Assembly: GCF_017876815.1 (NCBI RefSeq)
Contig: NZ_JAGIOS010000001.1
Span: 3,180,001-3,212,000 of the forward strand
Direction of reading: 5' to 3'
Source: Sinorhizobium meliloti
GTDB lineage: Bacteria; Pseudomonadota; Alphaproteobacteria; Rhizobiales; Rhizobiaceae
Length of the DNA stretch: 32,000 bases
Shown: one piece after another, positions 6,858-18,333 of the stretch
Position numbering within the stretch: the stretch's first letter is position 1
Layout of the letters: the number at the start of each line of letters is the position of its first letter
Translations under genes and position numbers: made by a program
Notes under the pieces: generated by a model
Databases searched by the model: none
Seen by the model: only the letters and a program-made list of their open reading frames with translations
Told to the model about the DNA's origin: nothing

Positions 6858-7790
6858 TCAATCGTTAGCAGCGAGAGCGACGGCGATCCCGGCGGCAAGG
6901 CGTGCATTGTTCTCGACCAGCGCGATATTGGTTTCGAGGCTGCGCCCGTCCGTCAAACGGAAGAGGTTGTCGAGCAGATACGGGGTGACCGCCTTGCCGG
7001 AAATCCCCTCGCTCGCCGCATTGTCCAGCGCGCGGGTGATGTAGATCTCCATCTCCTCGCGCGGGATTTCGCTTTCTACCGGCACCGGATTGGCGACAAG
7101 CATTCCGCCGTCGATTCCGAGCAGGTCGCGCGTCCGCTGGAAACTGGCGATCGCCGCCGGGCTGTTCAGCATCAGCGGGCTCTTGAGGCCGGATTCGCGC
7201 GACCAGAAGGCGGGGAAGTTCTCGCTGTCATAGGTCACGACAGGAACACCGCGCGATTCGAGCACTTCGAGCGTCTTGGGAATGTCCAGAATGGCCTTGG
7301 CGCCGGCGCAGACGACGATGACGCCGGTACGTGCGAGTTCGTCGAGATCCGCCGATATGTCGAAGCTCTGTTCCGCCCCGCGGTGAACGCCGCCGATGCC
7401 GCCGGTCGCGAAAACCCGGATGCCGGCGCGGGCGGCGGCGATCATCGTTGCGGCAACGGTCGTGGCGCCGGTGCGGCGTTCGGCGATCGCAAAGGCGAGG
7501 TCGGCGCGCGACAGTTTCATGGCGCCCTGCGTTTTCGACAAAGCCTCCAGTTTGGCATCGTCCAGACCGATATGCAGGACCCCGTGGATCACGGCGATGG
7601 TTGCGGGCACGGCACCCTGTTCACGGATGATCGCCTCGACGCTGCGGGCCATGTCGAGGTTGCCGGGATAGGGCATGCCATGCGTGATGATCGTGGATTC
7701 CAGCGCGACGATCGGCGCACCTCGTTGCTTGGCGGCTGCGACTTCATCTGAATATTCCATCGGCAGGGACGGGGAGGAGGGTTTGGTCAT
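6858..7790 (-). CDS. psuG: Pseudouridine-5'-phosphate glycosidase PsuG (YeiN / indigoidine synthase A-like), 310 aa
   Basis: MTKPSSPSLPMEYSDEVAAAKQRGAPIVALESTIITHGMPYPGNLDMA...ATGGIGGVHRGAEQSFDISADLDEL...VCAGAKAILD matches the family. The start is ATG 7790 with AAGGAAA upstream. An alternative ATG exists at 7814. Confidence 0.9.
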   Translation of the reverse strand: MTKPSSPSLPMEYSDEVAAAKQRGAPIVALESTIITHGMPYPGNLDMARSVEAIIREQGAVPATIAVIHGVLHIGLDDAKLEALSKTQGAMKLSRADLAFAIAERRTGATTVAATMIAAARAGIRVFATGGIGGVHRGAEQSFDISADLDELARTGVIVVCAGAKAILDIPKTLEVLESRGVPVVTYDSENFPAFWSRESGLKSPLMLNSPAAIASFQRTRDLLGIDGGMLVANPVPVESEIPREEMEIYITRALDNAASEGISGKAVTPYLLDNLFRLTDGRSLETNIALVENNARLAAGIAVALAAND

Positions 7791-7928
7791 GATCGTTTCC
7801 TTGATTGATGACATCCTCGACGGCAAAATTGCTCGGGGATGCCTGATCGATTCCGGTGCCTGGAGCAGAGGATGCGGAAGTACCGCTCGCATTCCGTGCC
7901 GCGCGGCTCCCGATTCAGCCGCCAAATC

Positions 7929-8886
7929 TCATGACAGCATTTCCGTTTCCGGCACAAGCTGCAGAACCTGCTCCAGCATGTCCTGCGACATCTCGTCGGA
8001 AGCCGCGAATGGCGAATGCAGCGTTATGACGGCGGCCGCCATGCCGAAGCGAAGGCAGGCGGAAAGGTCCGCACCTGCAAGCCGGGCGGCGAGAAAGCCC
8101 GAGGCGAGCGCGTCGCCGGCGCCGGTGACGTCGGCAAGTGCTGAAAGAGCCGGCGGCGTAGCGAGGCAGGCACCCTCAAGATCAAAGGCGACCGCGGCCC
8201 GGCCTCCGCGCGTCACGACACCGCCGGAAAGACCGGCAGAGCGCAGCAGCAACGGCCATTCCTCGGCGGTCGCGGCCTCGGTTCCGGTAAGCGCGCGCGC
8301 TTCCGCCTCGTTCATGAACAGGAAATCGAGCCCGTCGAGACAGTCGCGGTAGCGGACCACCTTTGCAGGCGAAACGGCGATACCGGCACGTAGCGGGCAG
8401 AACTTCGCAGCGGTGCCGATGAGGGCCGCCAAGGTCTCCTGCGGCAGATTGGCGTCCATCAGCACGAGTTCGCTCGCAGCCAAGATCTCGCGCGTCGCCC
8501 GCTGCTGCAGCCGGCGCGGCGTAAACAGAGTATAGAGGTCCATGTCCGCGAGCGCGATGACGAGGTTGCCGTCGTTTTCGAGGATTGCCGTATAGCTCGG
8601 CGTCTTGCGATCGAGAAAGGTGAAGGGGCGGTCGATCACACCGGCAGCTTCCGCAGCGGCCGCTACCGTGTCGCCGGCGGGATCGCCGCCCCGCGGGCTG
8701 ATCATCGTCACGCGATGGCCGAGGCGCGCGAGATTTCTCGCGGCATTGAAGCCGCCGCCCGGCTTCCTCGAACCAAGCGCCCAGATTGCTCGCGCCCGGT
8801 GCCGTCGCGCCGCTGATCCGGCCGCGCCTGTCGATATGAGCGCCGCCGAAAACGGCAATGTTCTGCGACTTCACCTGTGCTTGCAT
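7929..8886 (-). pseudogene. psuK: PfkB-family pseudouridine kinase PsuK (YeiC-like), interrupted by a 1-nt frameshift near 8758-8760
   Basis: The N-terminal 42 codons (MQAQVKSQNIAVFGGAHIDRRGRISGATAPGASNLGAWFEEA) are in the frame of ORF 8182..8886. The rest (PGGGFNAARNLARLGHRVTMISPRGGD...DVTGAGDALASGFLAA) is in the frame of ORF 7929..8858. Removing one C from the CCC run at 8758-8760 gives ...SNLGAWFEEAGGGFNAARNLARLG. That has the same spacing as E. coli YeiC SNPGKIKFTPGGVGRNIAQNLALLG (from memory). The total is 958 nt, which is 319 codons plus 1 nt. Confidence 0.7.
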
Positions 8887-9078
8887 CTGGTCCTCGATGA
8901 AGGGCGGAGAAAAGGTGGCGAAGTCTCTCTTCCGCCGGCATTCCGATCTATCGTTTCGGACTACCTTTTAGGGCTTTGTCCGGATTTGATCCATCGTGAA
9001 TCACGAGCGAATCGGGGCGGCGCGTGAAAGCCGGCATGCGTTGACGCGCTGCCTGTGGATACAGTGGATGAAAGGCGT

Positions 9079-9093
9079 GAACAAGAATCGAAC
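9079..9093 (+). promoter_or_regulatory. Alphaproteobacterial LexA (SOS) box GAAC-N7-GAAC upstream of recA
   Basis: GAACAAGAATCGAAC read directly, 127 nt upstream of the recA ATG. It matches the established direct-repeat SOS box of Rhizobiaceae and Rhodobacter (GTTC-N7-GTTC on the other strand). Confidence 0.75.
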
Positions 9094-9146
9094 GTGATGA
9101 AATATGGCAAGCGTTTTCAATCACTTGACGTGCCATTGCCAAGTTG

Positions 9147-9161
9147 GAACAAAACATGTAC
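9147..9161 (+). promoter_or_regulatory. Second, degenerate SOS-like box GAAC-N7-GTAC
   Basis: GAACAAAACATGTAC, 59 nt upstream of the recA ATG. It has one mismatch in the second half-site. It sits just downstream of a CTTGAC hexamer (9124-9129). Confidence 0.4.
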
Positions 9162-9219
9162 AAAAAGGCTTGCGGCGGCTTCATTGCCTCGATAGCTCCA
9201 ATAACCTAAAGGTGGACCA

Positions 9220-10305
9220 ATGGCACAAAATTCTTTGCGGCTCGTAGAGGACAAATCGGTGGACAAAAGCAAGGCACTTGAAGCGGCTCTTTCCCAGATC
9301 GAACGTTCGTTCGGCAAGGGATCGATCATGAAGCTCGGAGCGAAGGACAGCGTAGTTGAGATCGAAACCGTCTCCACCGGTTCGCTCGGCCTCGATATCG
9401 CGCTCGGCATCGGCGGCCTGCCGAAGGGCCGTATCATCGAGATCTATGGTCCGGAAAGCTCGGGCAAGACGACGCTGGCGCTGCAGACCATTGCCGAGGC
9501 ACAGAAGAAGGGCGGCATCTGCGGCTTCGTCGATGCCGAGCATGCACTCGATCCGGTCTATGCACGAAAGCTCGGGGTCGATCTCGAAAATCTCCTGATT
9601 TCGCAGCCTGATACGGGCGAGCAGGCGCTGGAAATCACCGATACGCTGGTCCGTTCGGGTGCGATCGACATTCTCGTCATCGATTCGGTGGCCGCACTCG
9701 TGCCGCGCGCCGAAATCGAGGGCGAGATGGGCGACAGTCTGCCGGGCATGCAGGCGCGCCTCATGAGCCAGGCGCTGCGCAAGCTTACGGCATCGATCTC
9801 CAAGTCGAACTGCATGGTGATCTTCATCAACCAGATCCGCATGAAGATCGGCGTGATGTTCGGCTCGCCGGAAACGACGACGGGCGGCAATGCGCTCAAG
9901 TTCTACGCTTCGGTGCGCCTCGACATTCGCCGCATCGGTTCGGTCAAGGAGCGCGAGGAAGTGGTCGGCAACCAGACCCGCGTCAAGGTCGTCAAGAACA
10001 AGATGGCACCGCCCTTCAAGCAGGTCGAGTTCGACATCATGTATGGCGAAGGCGTTTCGAAGACGGGCGAATTGATCGATCTCGGCGTCAAGGCGGGCAT
10101 CGTCGAGAAATCGGGCGCCTGGTTCTCCTATAACAGCCAGCGGCTCGGCCAGGGACGGGAAAACGCCAAGCTCTTCCTGCGGGAGAATCCCGAACTGTTG
10201 CGCGAAATCGAAACGGCTCTGCGGCAGAATGCCGGTCTCATCGCCGACCGGTTCCTGGAGAATGGCGGGCCGGAAAGCGACGGCGACGAAGCCGCCGATA
10301 TGTAA
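9220..10305 (+). CDS. recA: Recombinase RecA, 361 aa
   Basis: [40 protein letters not shown]...[18 protein letters not shown]...[20 protein letters not shown]...[37 protein letters not shown] is unmistakably RecA. The Shine-Dalgarno sequence AAGGTGGA lies upstream. Confidence 0.98.
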
Positions 10306-10334
10306 TCGGGAACAACCGTCTCGTTGAAGCATGC

Positions 10335-10368
10335 AAAACCGGCCGTCGTCACCTGCGGCCGGTTTTTT
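10335..10368 (+). terminator. recA intrinsic terminator
   Basis: AAAACCGGCCG-TCGTCACCTG-CGGCCGGTTTTTT. The 8-bp stem lies at 10338-10345 / 10356-10363, followed by a T-run. Confidence 0.8.
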
Positions 10369-10544
10369 GCTGCCCGCTGGACAGCATGATATGCGAACGA
10401 TAAAAGCCTGTGGTTCCGACGGCTCGGCCGGCGGAAAGCGTGACTTGATTGAACGCGACGCGCTTGATGCGCGGGGGTGAAGAGTGCGGCTGGGAGCCTG
10501 GAGAGATCGGGCTGCCGCCGGAGTGTACACAGATAGGACGCAAG

Positions 10545-13208
<2,664 letters not shown>

Positions 13209-13231
13209 GCCGGGGGCGCGCTGAACTTCTG

Positions 13232-13255
13232 GAGGGCGCTGCGGCGCCCTTTTTC
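13232..13255 (+). terminator. alaS intrinsic terminator, abutting the stop codon of the convergent SulP gene
   Basis: AGGGCGC-TGCG-GCGCCCTTTTT. The 7-bp stem lies at 13233-13239 / 13244-13250. Confidence 0.8.
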
Positions 13256-14909
13256 ATGGCACCCGTTCGGTCCGGATGGTGTCCAGCGCTGCTGCGACCG
13301 AGGCGCGCATCATCACGCGCGGCGGCCGGACGTGGTGCTGATAAAGCGCGCGGCGCACCTGCGATCTCGCACCGGTGATGATGAAGCGCACGCCGGTTCG
13401 TTCCGCTTTGCGCAGCGTACCCTCGATGACATTGGCAGCGGTGGAATCCATGAAGGGCACGTCGGAACAATCGAGAATGAAATTGCGACGCTGATCGGCG
13501 ATGCGATCGAGAACGGTCCCCACGGTTGCGGCCGAACCGAAGAAGAAAATCCCGGAAAGGCGATAGATCACCGTGTCCGGATCGTCGGCGATTACAGGAC
13601 GTTCGTCGCCATTCTCCTGCCTCTGAGCGGAGAGCGGCCGGGCCTCCTGCACGGAGATGCTCCTTGCCATGCGATCGATGAAGAGCACGGCGCCCAGCGC
13701 AAAGCCGACGACGATACCCTCCGTAAGCTCGCGAAAGACGACGATGAGGAAGGTGGCGAGCAACACGACCGCATCCCCGTAGGAGGACCGCAGAAGCGCC
13801 ATGAAGGCCGGTTTCTCGATCATGTTCCAGGCGACGATCGCAAGCACGCCGGCGAGCGAGGCGAGCGGTATATAGCTCGCAAGCGGAGCGGCGAGGAGCA
13901 TGAACAGCAGAAGAAAGGCGGAATGAAGAATGCCGGAAACGGGGCTCGTCGCGCCGGCACGCACATTCGTGGCGGTGCGGGCAATCGTCCCGGTAACACA
14001 GATGCCCCCGAAGAGCGCCGAGCAGATATTCGCGGCTCCCTGCGCGACCAGTTCCACGCTGGAGCGGTGACGGCGCCCGGTCATGCCGTCGGCAACGACT
14101 GCGGAGAGAAGCGATTCGATCGCGCCGAGGAGCGCGAAGGAAAGGGCATCCGGAAAGACGGCAGCGGCCTTTTCGAGCGAGAGCGGCGGCAGGGCGGGTA
14201 GCGGCAGTCCGCGCGGAATGCCGCCGAAGCGGCTGCCGATCGTTTCCGTCGGCAATTGCAGCAAGGCGACGAAGGTGGACGCCGCGGCAACCGCGATCAG
14301 CATGCCCGGCCAATGTGGCCGCACGCGCCGCAGCGCGAGGATGATGCCGACGGTAAGGGCTGCGGTCAGCACCGCCGCCCAGCTGACGGTTCCGGCGGCT
14401 TGGGCAAGGGCCGCGACCTTGTCGACGATGGGGCCCGGTTCCGCACCCGCGAGCGTCAGGCCGAAGAGGTCGCGCAGCTGGCTCGCAAAGATGATCACCG
14501 CGATTCCCGCAGTGAAGCCGACCGTAACCGGATAGGGGATGAACTTGATGTATCGCCCTAGCCTGAGATAGCCAGCGGCGATCAGCATGAACCCGGACAT
14601 GAGGGTCGCGAGCAGCAGGCCGTCGACGCCGTGCCGCGCAACCGTGGCGGCGACGAGCACGATGAAGGCACCGGCGGGGCCGCCGATCTGGACTCGGCTG
14701 CCGCCGAGGAGCGAAACGAGAAAACCGCCGACGATCGCGGTGTATAGCCCGCGGTCGGGCGTGACGCCCGAGGCGATCGCGATCGCCATGGAGAGCGGCA
14801 GTGCGACGATCGCAACGGTCAGACCGGCGAACGCGTCTGCTTTCAAGCGGGCGGCACCATATCCTTCCGCAAGAATGCTGACTGTTTTCGGTACGAGGGA
14901 GTCGGGCAT
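13254..14909 (-). CDS. SulP-family anion transporter with C-terminal STAS domain, 551 aa
   Basis: ...LKADAFAGLTVAIVALPLSMAIAIASGVTPDRGLYTAIVGGFLVSLLGGSRVQIGGPAGAFIVLV... is followed by multiple TM segments and a C-terminal STAS-like region (VIYRLSGIFFFGSA...FILDCSDVPFMDSTAANVIEG). The start is placed at ATG 14909, which has GGAAAG 7 nt upstream. The ORF extends to ATG 14945, which lacks a Shine-Dalgarno sequence. Confidence 0.85.
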   Translation of the reverse strand: MPDSLVPKTVSILAEGYGAARLKADAFAGLTVAIVALPLSMAIAIASGVTPDRGLYTAIVGGFLVSLLGGSRVQIGGPAGAFIVLVAATVARHGVDGLLLATLMSGFMLIAAGYLRLGRYIKFIPYPVTVGFTAGIAVIIFASQLRDLFGLTLAGAEPGPIVDKVAALAQAAGTVSWAAVLTAALTVGIILALRRVRPHWPGMLIAVAAASTFVALLQLPTETIGSRFGGIPRGLPLPALPPLSLEKAAAVFPDALSFALLGAIESLLSAVVADGMTGRRHRSSVELVAQGAANICSALFGGICVTGTIARTATNVRAGATSPVSGILHSAFLLLFMLLAAPLASYIPLASLAGVLAIVAWNMIEKPAFMALLRSSYGDAVVLLATFLIVVFRELTEGIVVGFALGAVLFIDRMARSISVQEARPLSAQRQENGDERPVIADDPDTVIYRLSGIFFFGSAATVGTVLDRIADQRRNFILDCSDVPFMDSTAANVIEGTLRKAERTGVRFIITGARSQVRRALYQHHVRPPRVMMRASVAAALDTIRTERVP

Positions 14910-15151
14910 AGGCGGGCTTTCCGGATGCCGCCACGTTGGCGACATCGGACGTGGCGGACGCCCTCAGCCTATCTGAGTCGCAGTTCCCTACAAGGGGATC
15001 GAACGCAAGGGAGGTGCTGATCACACCATCAGGGCAGGGTAGATCCGGAATCGAATGCCGCAGCAGAACGCTGCGGCAACGACGGGCATATGTGGACGAC
15101 GCCGGATGTCAGATTGCCTTTCGGGGAGGCGCGGGGGCCTTTCGGGCTCGG

Positions 15152-15190
15152 CCTGAGTGGTCATCGAGCCAGAGTCGCCGACCACTCAGG
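15152..15190 (-). terminator. Long hairpin immediately downstream of the DUF1254/DUF1214 gene pair (non-canonical, no U-tract)
   Basis: CCTGAGTGGTC (15152-15162) and GACCACTCAGG (15180-15190) form a perfect 11-bp stem with a 17-nt loop. It lies 12 nt beyond the stop at 15202. Confidence 0.3.
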
Positions 15191-15201
15191 TCACCATCGA
15201 A

Positions 15202-16665
15202 CTAATTGACCTTCTCGATATCAGGCAGCGACCAGGATTTATCGAAGAAGGGCTCGGTCGGTCCGTAGAACCGGAAATACGCGAACCATCCCTTGTCGGC
15301 ATTTGTCTGCACCCAGTTCGCCTCGTGACCTTTCGGTGCAGTGGGACCGAAATATACGTCAATCGATCCATCTTCGTTTTTTACTATGTCTTCTTTTCGC
15401 GACGAGATGTCCGGCCGTCCCTGTTCGGTGACCGGCATCTGCCGGGTCGACTCGTCGTAGGCCGTCACAGACCAGAAGCCCTTGGCCGGCGGATCGGCAG
15501 GGACATGAAGCCGATAGTTGTTCTCGCCCGAGAGCCATGCGTCGTCTGCATCCTTGTAGGAGGCTATGTACCGCTGGCCGACGCCCGGAGTTTGGGTGAG
15601 CATTGCCTTGGAGATCACGACCGCTTCGTAGAACCAGGCAGCACGCTCATCGAGCTGGTCATAGGTGTTGGCCTTCTGGTCGGTCGCAACCACAAGCGCA
15701 TGTTTCCAGTTCGTGCCCTCCCAGAAGGGCGGTTCGACGCGCTTGTCTGTCGTATTTACCTTGGCCATGGCTTCGCCGACGATCGCGCCGTCCTGAAGAA
15801 TCTTCTTCTGGCGTTCGTCGGGTTGATAGGGTTTCCCTTTCTCAATGCCGAGGAACTTCAACTGCGCCATCATGAAGCGATCACGCTCTTCGACGGGTTC
15901 TCGTTGAATGACCTCGTTCAGGCTGTCCCAATAGGCCATTCCATGGGGCGGCATTTGGGTCCACTTGACGTCTCCCGCAGCGCGCACGGGCATCGGCTCG
16001 CCAGTTCCGTCAAGCGTCCAGGTGTAGGTCTTGATCTGCGGGATGAGTTCTGCAATTGCCTTTTCCTTGTCGGCATCGAGCAGGCGGAACCCCGCCAGCA
16101 CGTCCCGGCTCGTGGATTGGATGACAAAGTATCCCTCGGCCTCCACCGGGCCGTATCCGGGCGGGAGGATCAGATACTTTCCGCCCTTGCCCATATCCGG
16201 GCCGACCACGCCTAGATCGGCCATGACGCGCTGCCACTGGTCAAGCACCATGCCTGCAATCAGCCCCGGCGGTACAACCACGACCATCGGCCCGGATTCT
16301 TTGAGATCGATGAACGTCGCGATGTAAGGCGTGGTGTAGTTCGGCGTCAAAATGCCAAGCTTCTCGGCAAAATCGAGATAGGAAAGCATTTCACCGTTCT
16401 TGGCCTTGAAGACGTTGAAATGGGCCTTTCGCCATTCGTTGAGGCCGACGGCAGGAATGCCCCACAGGTAAGCTTGCGACGCTCGCTGGAAATCCATTTC
16501 GTCGTAAAGCTTGGCCACGGTTTCCTTCGAGGGGTAGCCGCTCTCGAATGTCAGTTTGCCGATGCGGGTATCGAGTTCGTCGGGCGTTTCCTGAGCATGA
16601 GCGCCAATGCCTGCCACGCTATAAAGCAGGGCGGCAGTCAGGGTCGTGCGGGCAAATCTTCTCAT
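15202..16665 (-). CDS. Exported DUF1254/DUF1214 domain protein (paralogue 2), 487 aa
   Basis: ORF 15202..16890 trimmed to ATG 16665, which has GGAGG upstream. The signal peptide is MRRFARTTLTAALLYSVAGIGAHAQE. Family-type motifs are FQRASQAYLWGIP, GPDMGKGGKYLILPPGY and FWSVTAYD. It is clearly paralogous to the upstream gene. Confidence 0.85.
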   Translation of the reverse strand: MRRFARTTLTAALLYSVAGIGAHAQETPDELDTRIGKLTFESGYPSKETVAKLYDEMDFQRASQAYLWGIPAVGLNEWRKAHFNVFKAKNGEMLSYLDFAEKLGILTPNYTTPYIATFIDLKESGPMVVVVPPGLIAGMVLDQWQRVMADLGVVGPDMGKGGKYLILPPGYGPVEAEGYFVIQSTSRDVLAGFRLLDADKEKAIAELIPQIKTYTWTLDGTGEPMPVRAAGDVKWTQMPPHGMAYWDSLNEVIQREPVEERDRFMMAQLKFLGIEKGKPYQPDERQKKILQDGAIVGEAMAKVNTTDKRVEPPFWEGTNWKHALVVATDQKANTYDQLDERAAWFYEAVVISKAMLTQTPGVGQRYIASYKDADDAWLSGENNYRLHVPADPPAKGFWSVTAYDESTRQMPVTEQGRPDISSRKEDIVKNEDGSIDVYFGPTAPKGHEANWVQTNADKGWFAYFRFYGPTEPFFDKSWSLPDIEKVN

Positions 16666-16720
16666 TGCAGCCTCCATCGAGGGTTCGGGATTCACGGGTG
16701 CGCTTGTCGGGGTCGATGAC

Positions 16721-18244
16721 CTATTCAACCTTTTCCACGTCCCCGGGCTTCCAGGTGCCATCGATCGCCGCTTCGGCCGGAGCATAGAGGCGAAGGATCG
16801 CGAAGAAGCCTCGCCCCGGCACGGTTGCCAGCCAGTTGCCCTCCTTGCCCGCCGGTGCTTTCGGACCAATGTAGATGTCGGTACTGCCATCTTCGTTCTG
16901 CGCCGGCTTGTTGAGTTTGCCGAGCGAGGGGAAAGGCTGGCCGTTATCGAGGCCGGATGCGTTCTCCGCCTCGTAAAGCGTCACGGACCAGAAGAGTTCT
17001 GCCGGAATGTCCTTCGGCAGATTGACCTTGTAGCTGTGCTCGCCATCGAGCGGATCGCCGTCAGCGTCCTCGAAAGCGATCATGTAGAACGCACCCTTGC
17101 CGGGTGTCATCGACACCATGCCGGGGCTGATCGAGTAGTAGTCGGTAAAGAACCAGGCGCGGGCGTCCAGTTCCCTATAGTTTCCGTTGCTTACAAGGAA
17201 GCTCAGGTCGATTCCTGCATTGGGCCAGCGCCCGCTCAGATTGTTGATGGGATTGAGCCAGCGCCGATCCTCGTAAACCCGGAAGTCCGCGCCGGCGATA
17301 CCTTTTTCAAAGCCGGTCACGCGGCTCATCTTGTAGCCGGTCTTGGCGGCGGCATCGAGGATCGCGCGCGTTTTCTCGTCCGGCGAGAATGGCTGGTTGG
17401 CGGCAATGCCGATGCTTTTCAGCATGCCGAGCCAGTCGGGATCCGCCAGAACAGCCCCCTCTACATCCAGGAGACTCTTGATCTGTTCGAAGGCGCTCAC
17501 ATCGGCGCGGGGAAGCATATTGAGTGAACGGCCCGATGCGTCCGGAAACTCCATCGGTTTCGCCGTCTGCTCTTGCCCGAGCGGATAGATTTTCGATTTT
17601 TTAATCACCTCGACTGCCGGCTCGATATTGTCGAGCGACTGGTAGAACGAGCGAAGAAAAATGAAGACGCTGTTCGTCCCCGAGCGGTAGACGTAATAGC
17701 CTTCGGGCACATCGCCCTTGTATCCTGGCGGAAGCAGCAGGAACTTGCCGCCTTTGCCGCCATCGGGCCCCGGCAGACCGACGTCGCCTGCAAATTTGCC
17801 GCTGTCTTCCGGGATAGGTCGCTGCCAGAAATCGAGCAGAATTCCCTGCAGTTTCTCCGGCGATTCAAAAACCAGCGGCCCGGTTTTCGACAGGTCCGCA
17901 AAGGCCATGCCGTAGATGAGGTCCGAGTTCGGCGTGGTGACGTGGGTCTTTGCGTCCAGACGTTTGGTCCAGATCGGCATGACGTTGTAGCCGGTGCCGA
18001 AGGCCTCCTCCGCGCCGACTTTCATGCCGAGCGTGTTGATGAGCGGCAATGCCCAAAGATAGGTTTGCGTGGCCCGCTGAAACAACAGCTCGTCTTTCAG
18101 CGTCTGAGCCGTTTCCGCAGTGGGCCGATTTTTTTCGAACGGCAGATTGGCGATGCTGTCGAAACGCGACTGATCTGCGAAGGCGGCGCTCAACGGCGCA
18201 AGCGACAGGCCGATGGCAGTGGTCAAAGCAAATAGGTGTTTCAT
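16721..18244 (-). CDS. Exported DUF1254/DUF1214 domain protein (paralogue 1), 507 aa
   Basis: The signal peptide is MKHLFALTTAIGLSLAPLSAAFADQ. Motifs are FQRATQTYLWALP, GPDGGKGGKFLLLPPGY, FWSVTLYE and a C-terminal WKPGDVEKVE (compare WSLPDIEKVN in paralogue 2). The Shine-Dalgarno sequence AAGGAG lies upstream. Confidence 0.85.
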   Translation of the reverse strand: MKHLFALTTAIGLSLAPLSAAFADQSRFDSIANLPFEKNRPTAETAQTLKDELLFQRATQTYLWALPLINTLGMKVGAEEAFGTGYNVMPIWTKRLDAKTHVTTPNSDLIYGMAFADLSKTGPLVFESPEKLQGILLDFWQRPIPEDSGKFAGDVGLPGPDGGKGGKFLLLPPGYKGDVPEGYYVYRSGTNSVFIFLRSFYQSLDNIEPAVEVIKKSKIYPLGQEQTAKPMEFPDASGRSLNMLPRADVSAFEQIKSLLDVEGAVLADPDWLGMLKSIGIAANQPFSPDEKTRAILDAAAKTGYKMSRVTGFEKGIAGADFRVYEDRRWLNPINNLSGRWPNAGIDLSFLVSNGNYRELDARAWFFTDYYSISPGMVSMTPGKGAFYMIAFEDADGDPLDGEHSYKVNLPKDIPAELFWSVTLYEAENASGLDNGQPFPSLGKLNKPAQNEDGSTDIYIGPKAPAGKEGNWLATVPGRGFFAILRLYAPAEAAIDGTWKPGDVEKVE

Positions 18245-18333
18245 CTCGATGGCTCCTTACTTGGCCTTCACGATGCCTCCTCCGGGCTGGAACCCCGGAT
18301 ACGGGAAACATCGACGTCGCTGCTGCACTCGTT

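Noticed and set aside
6396-7751. A 451-aa + ORF and a 152-aa minus ORF (6449..6907), plus smaller ORFs, crossing the cckA-psuG intergenic repeats.
   Set aside because: Their N-terminal parts are translations of the palindromic REP-like units (PSPRRRGEG, LLPAGGEKG and FSPPAGRRCRQADEG peptides recur in both orientations). The remainder is antisense to psuG.
8740-8780. Programmed ribosomal frameshifting as the explanation for the two-frame psuK.
   Set aside because: There is no slippery heptamer (the site is GAA-GCC-GGG-CGG) and no obvious downstream stimulatory structure. PfkB kinases are not known to use recoding. A 1-nt indel, whether a mutation or an assembly error, is the more parsimonious explanation.
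8948-9184. A 78-aa minus-strand ORF inside the psuK-recA intergenic region.
   Set aside because: It overlaps both SOS boxes and the recA promoter region. It has no Shine-Dalgarno sequence, a hydrophobic and irregular composition, and no family resemblance.
14985-15012. GGGGATCGAACGC, resembling the reverse complement of a tRNA T-arm. It could be a tRNA remnant or att site at the edge of the putative islet. A similar GGTCGAATCCC occurs at about 28005.
   Set aside because: I could not fold either into a T-stem (the flanking 5-mers are not complementary). No acceptor or anticodon arms are present, and no matching direct repeat was seen at the other end of the block. It is probably a chance match.
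15058-15076. The hairpin CCGCAGC-AGAAC-GCTGCGG in the SulP / DUF1214 intergenic region, considered as a terminator or sRNA element.
   Set aside because: It has a 7-bp stem but no T-run on either strand, and it lies upstream of the SulP start. It is too weak to call. The neighbouring 11-bp hairpin is reported instead, at low confidence.
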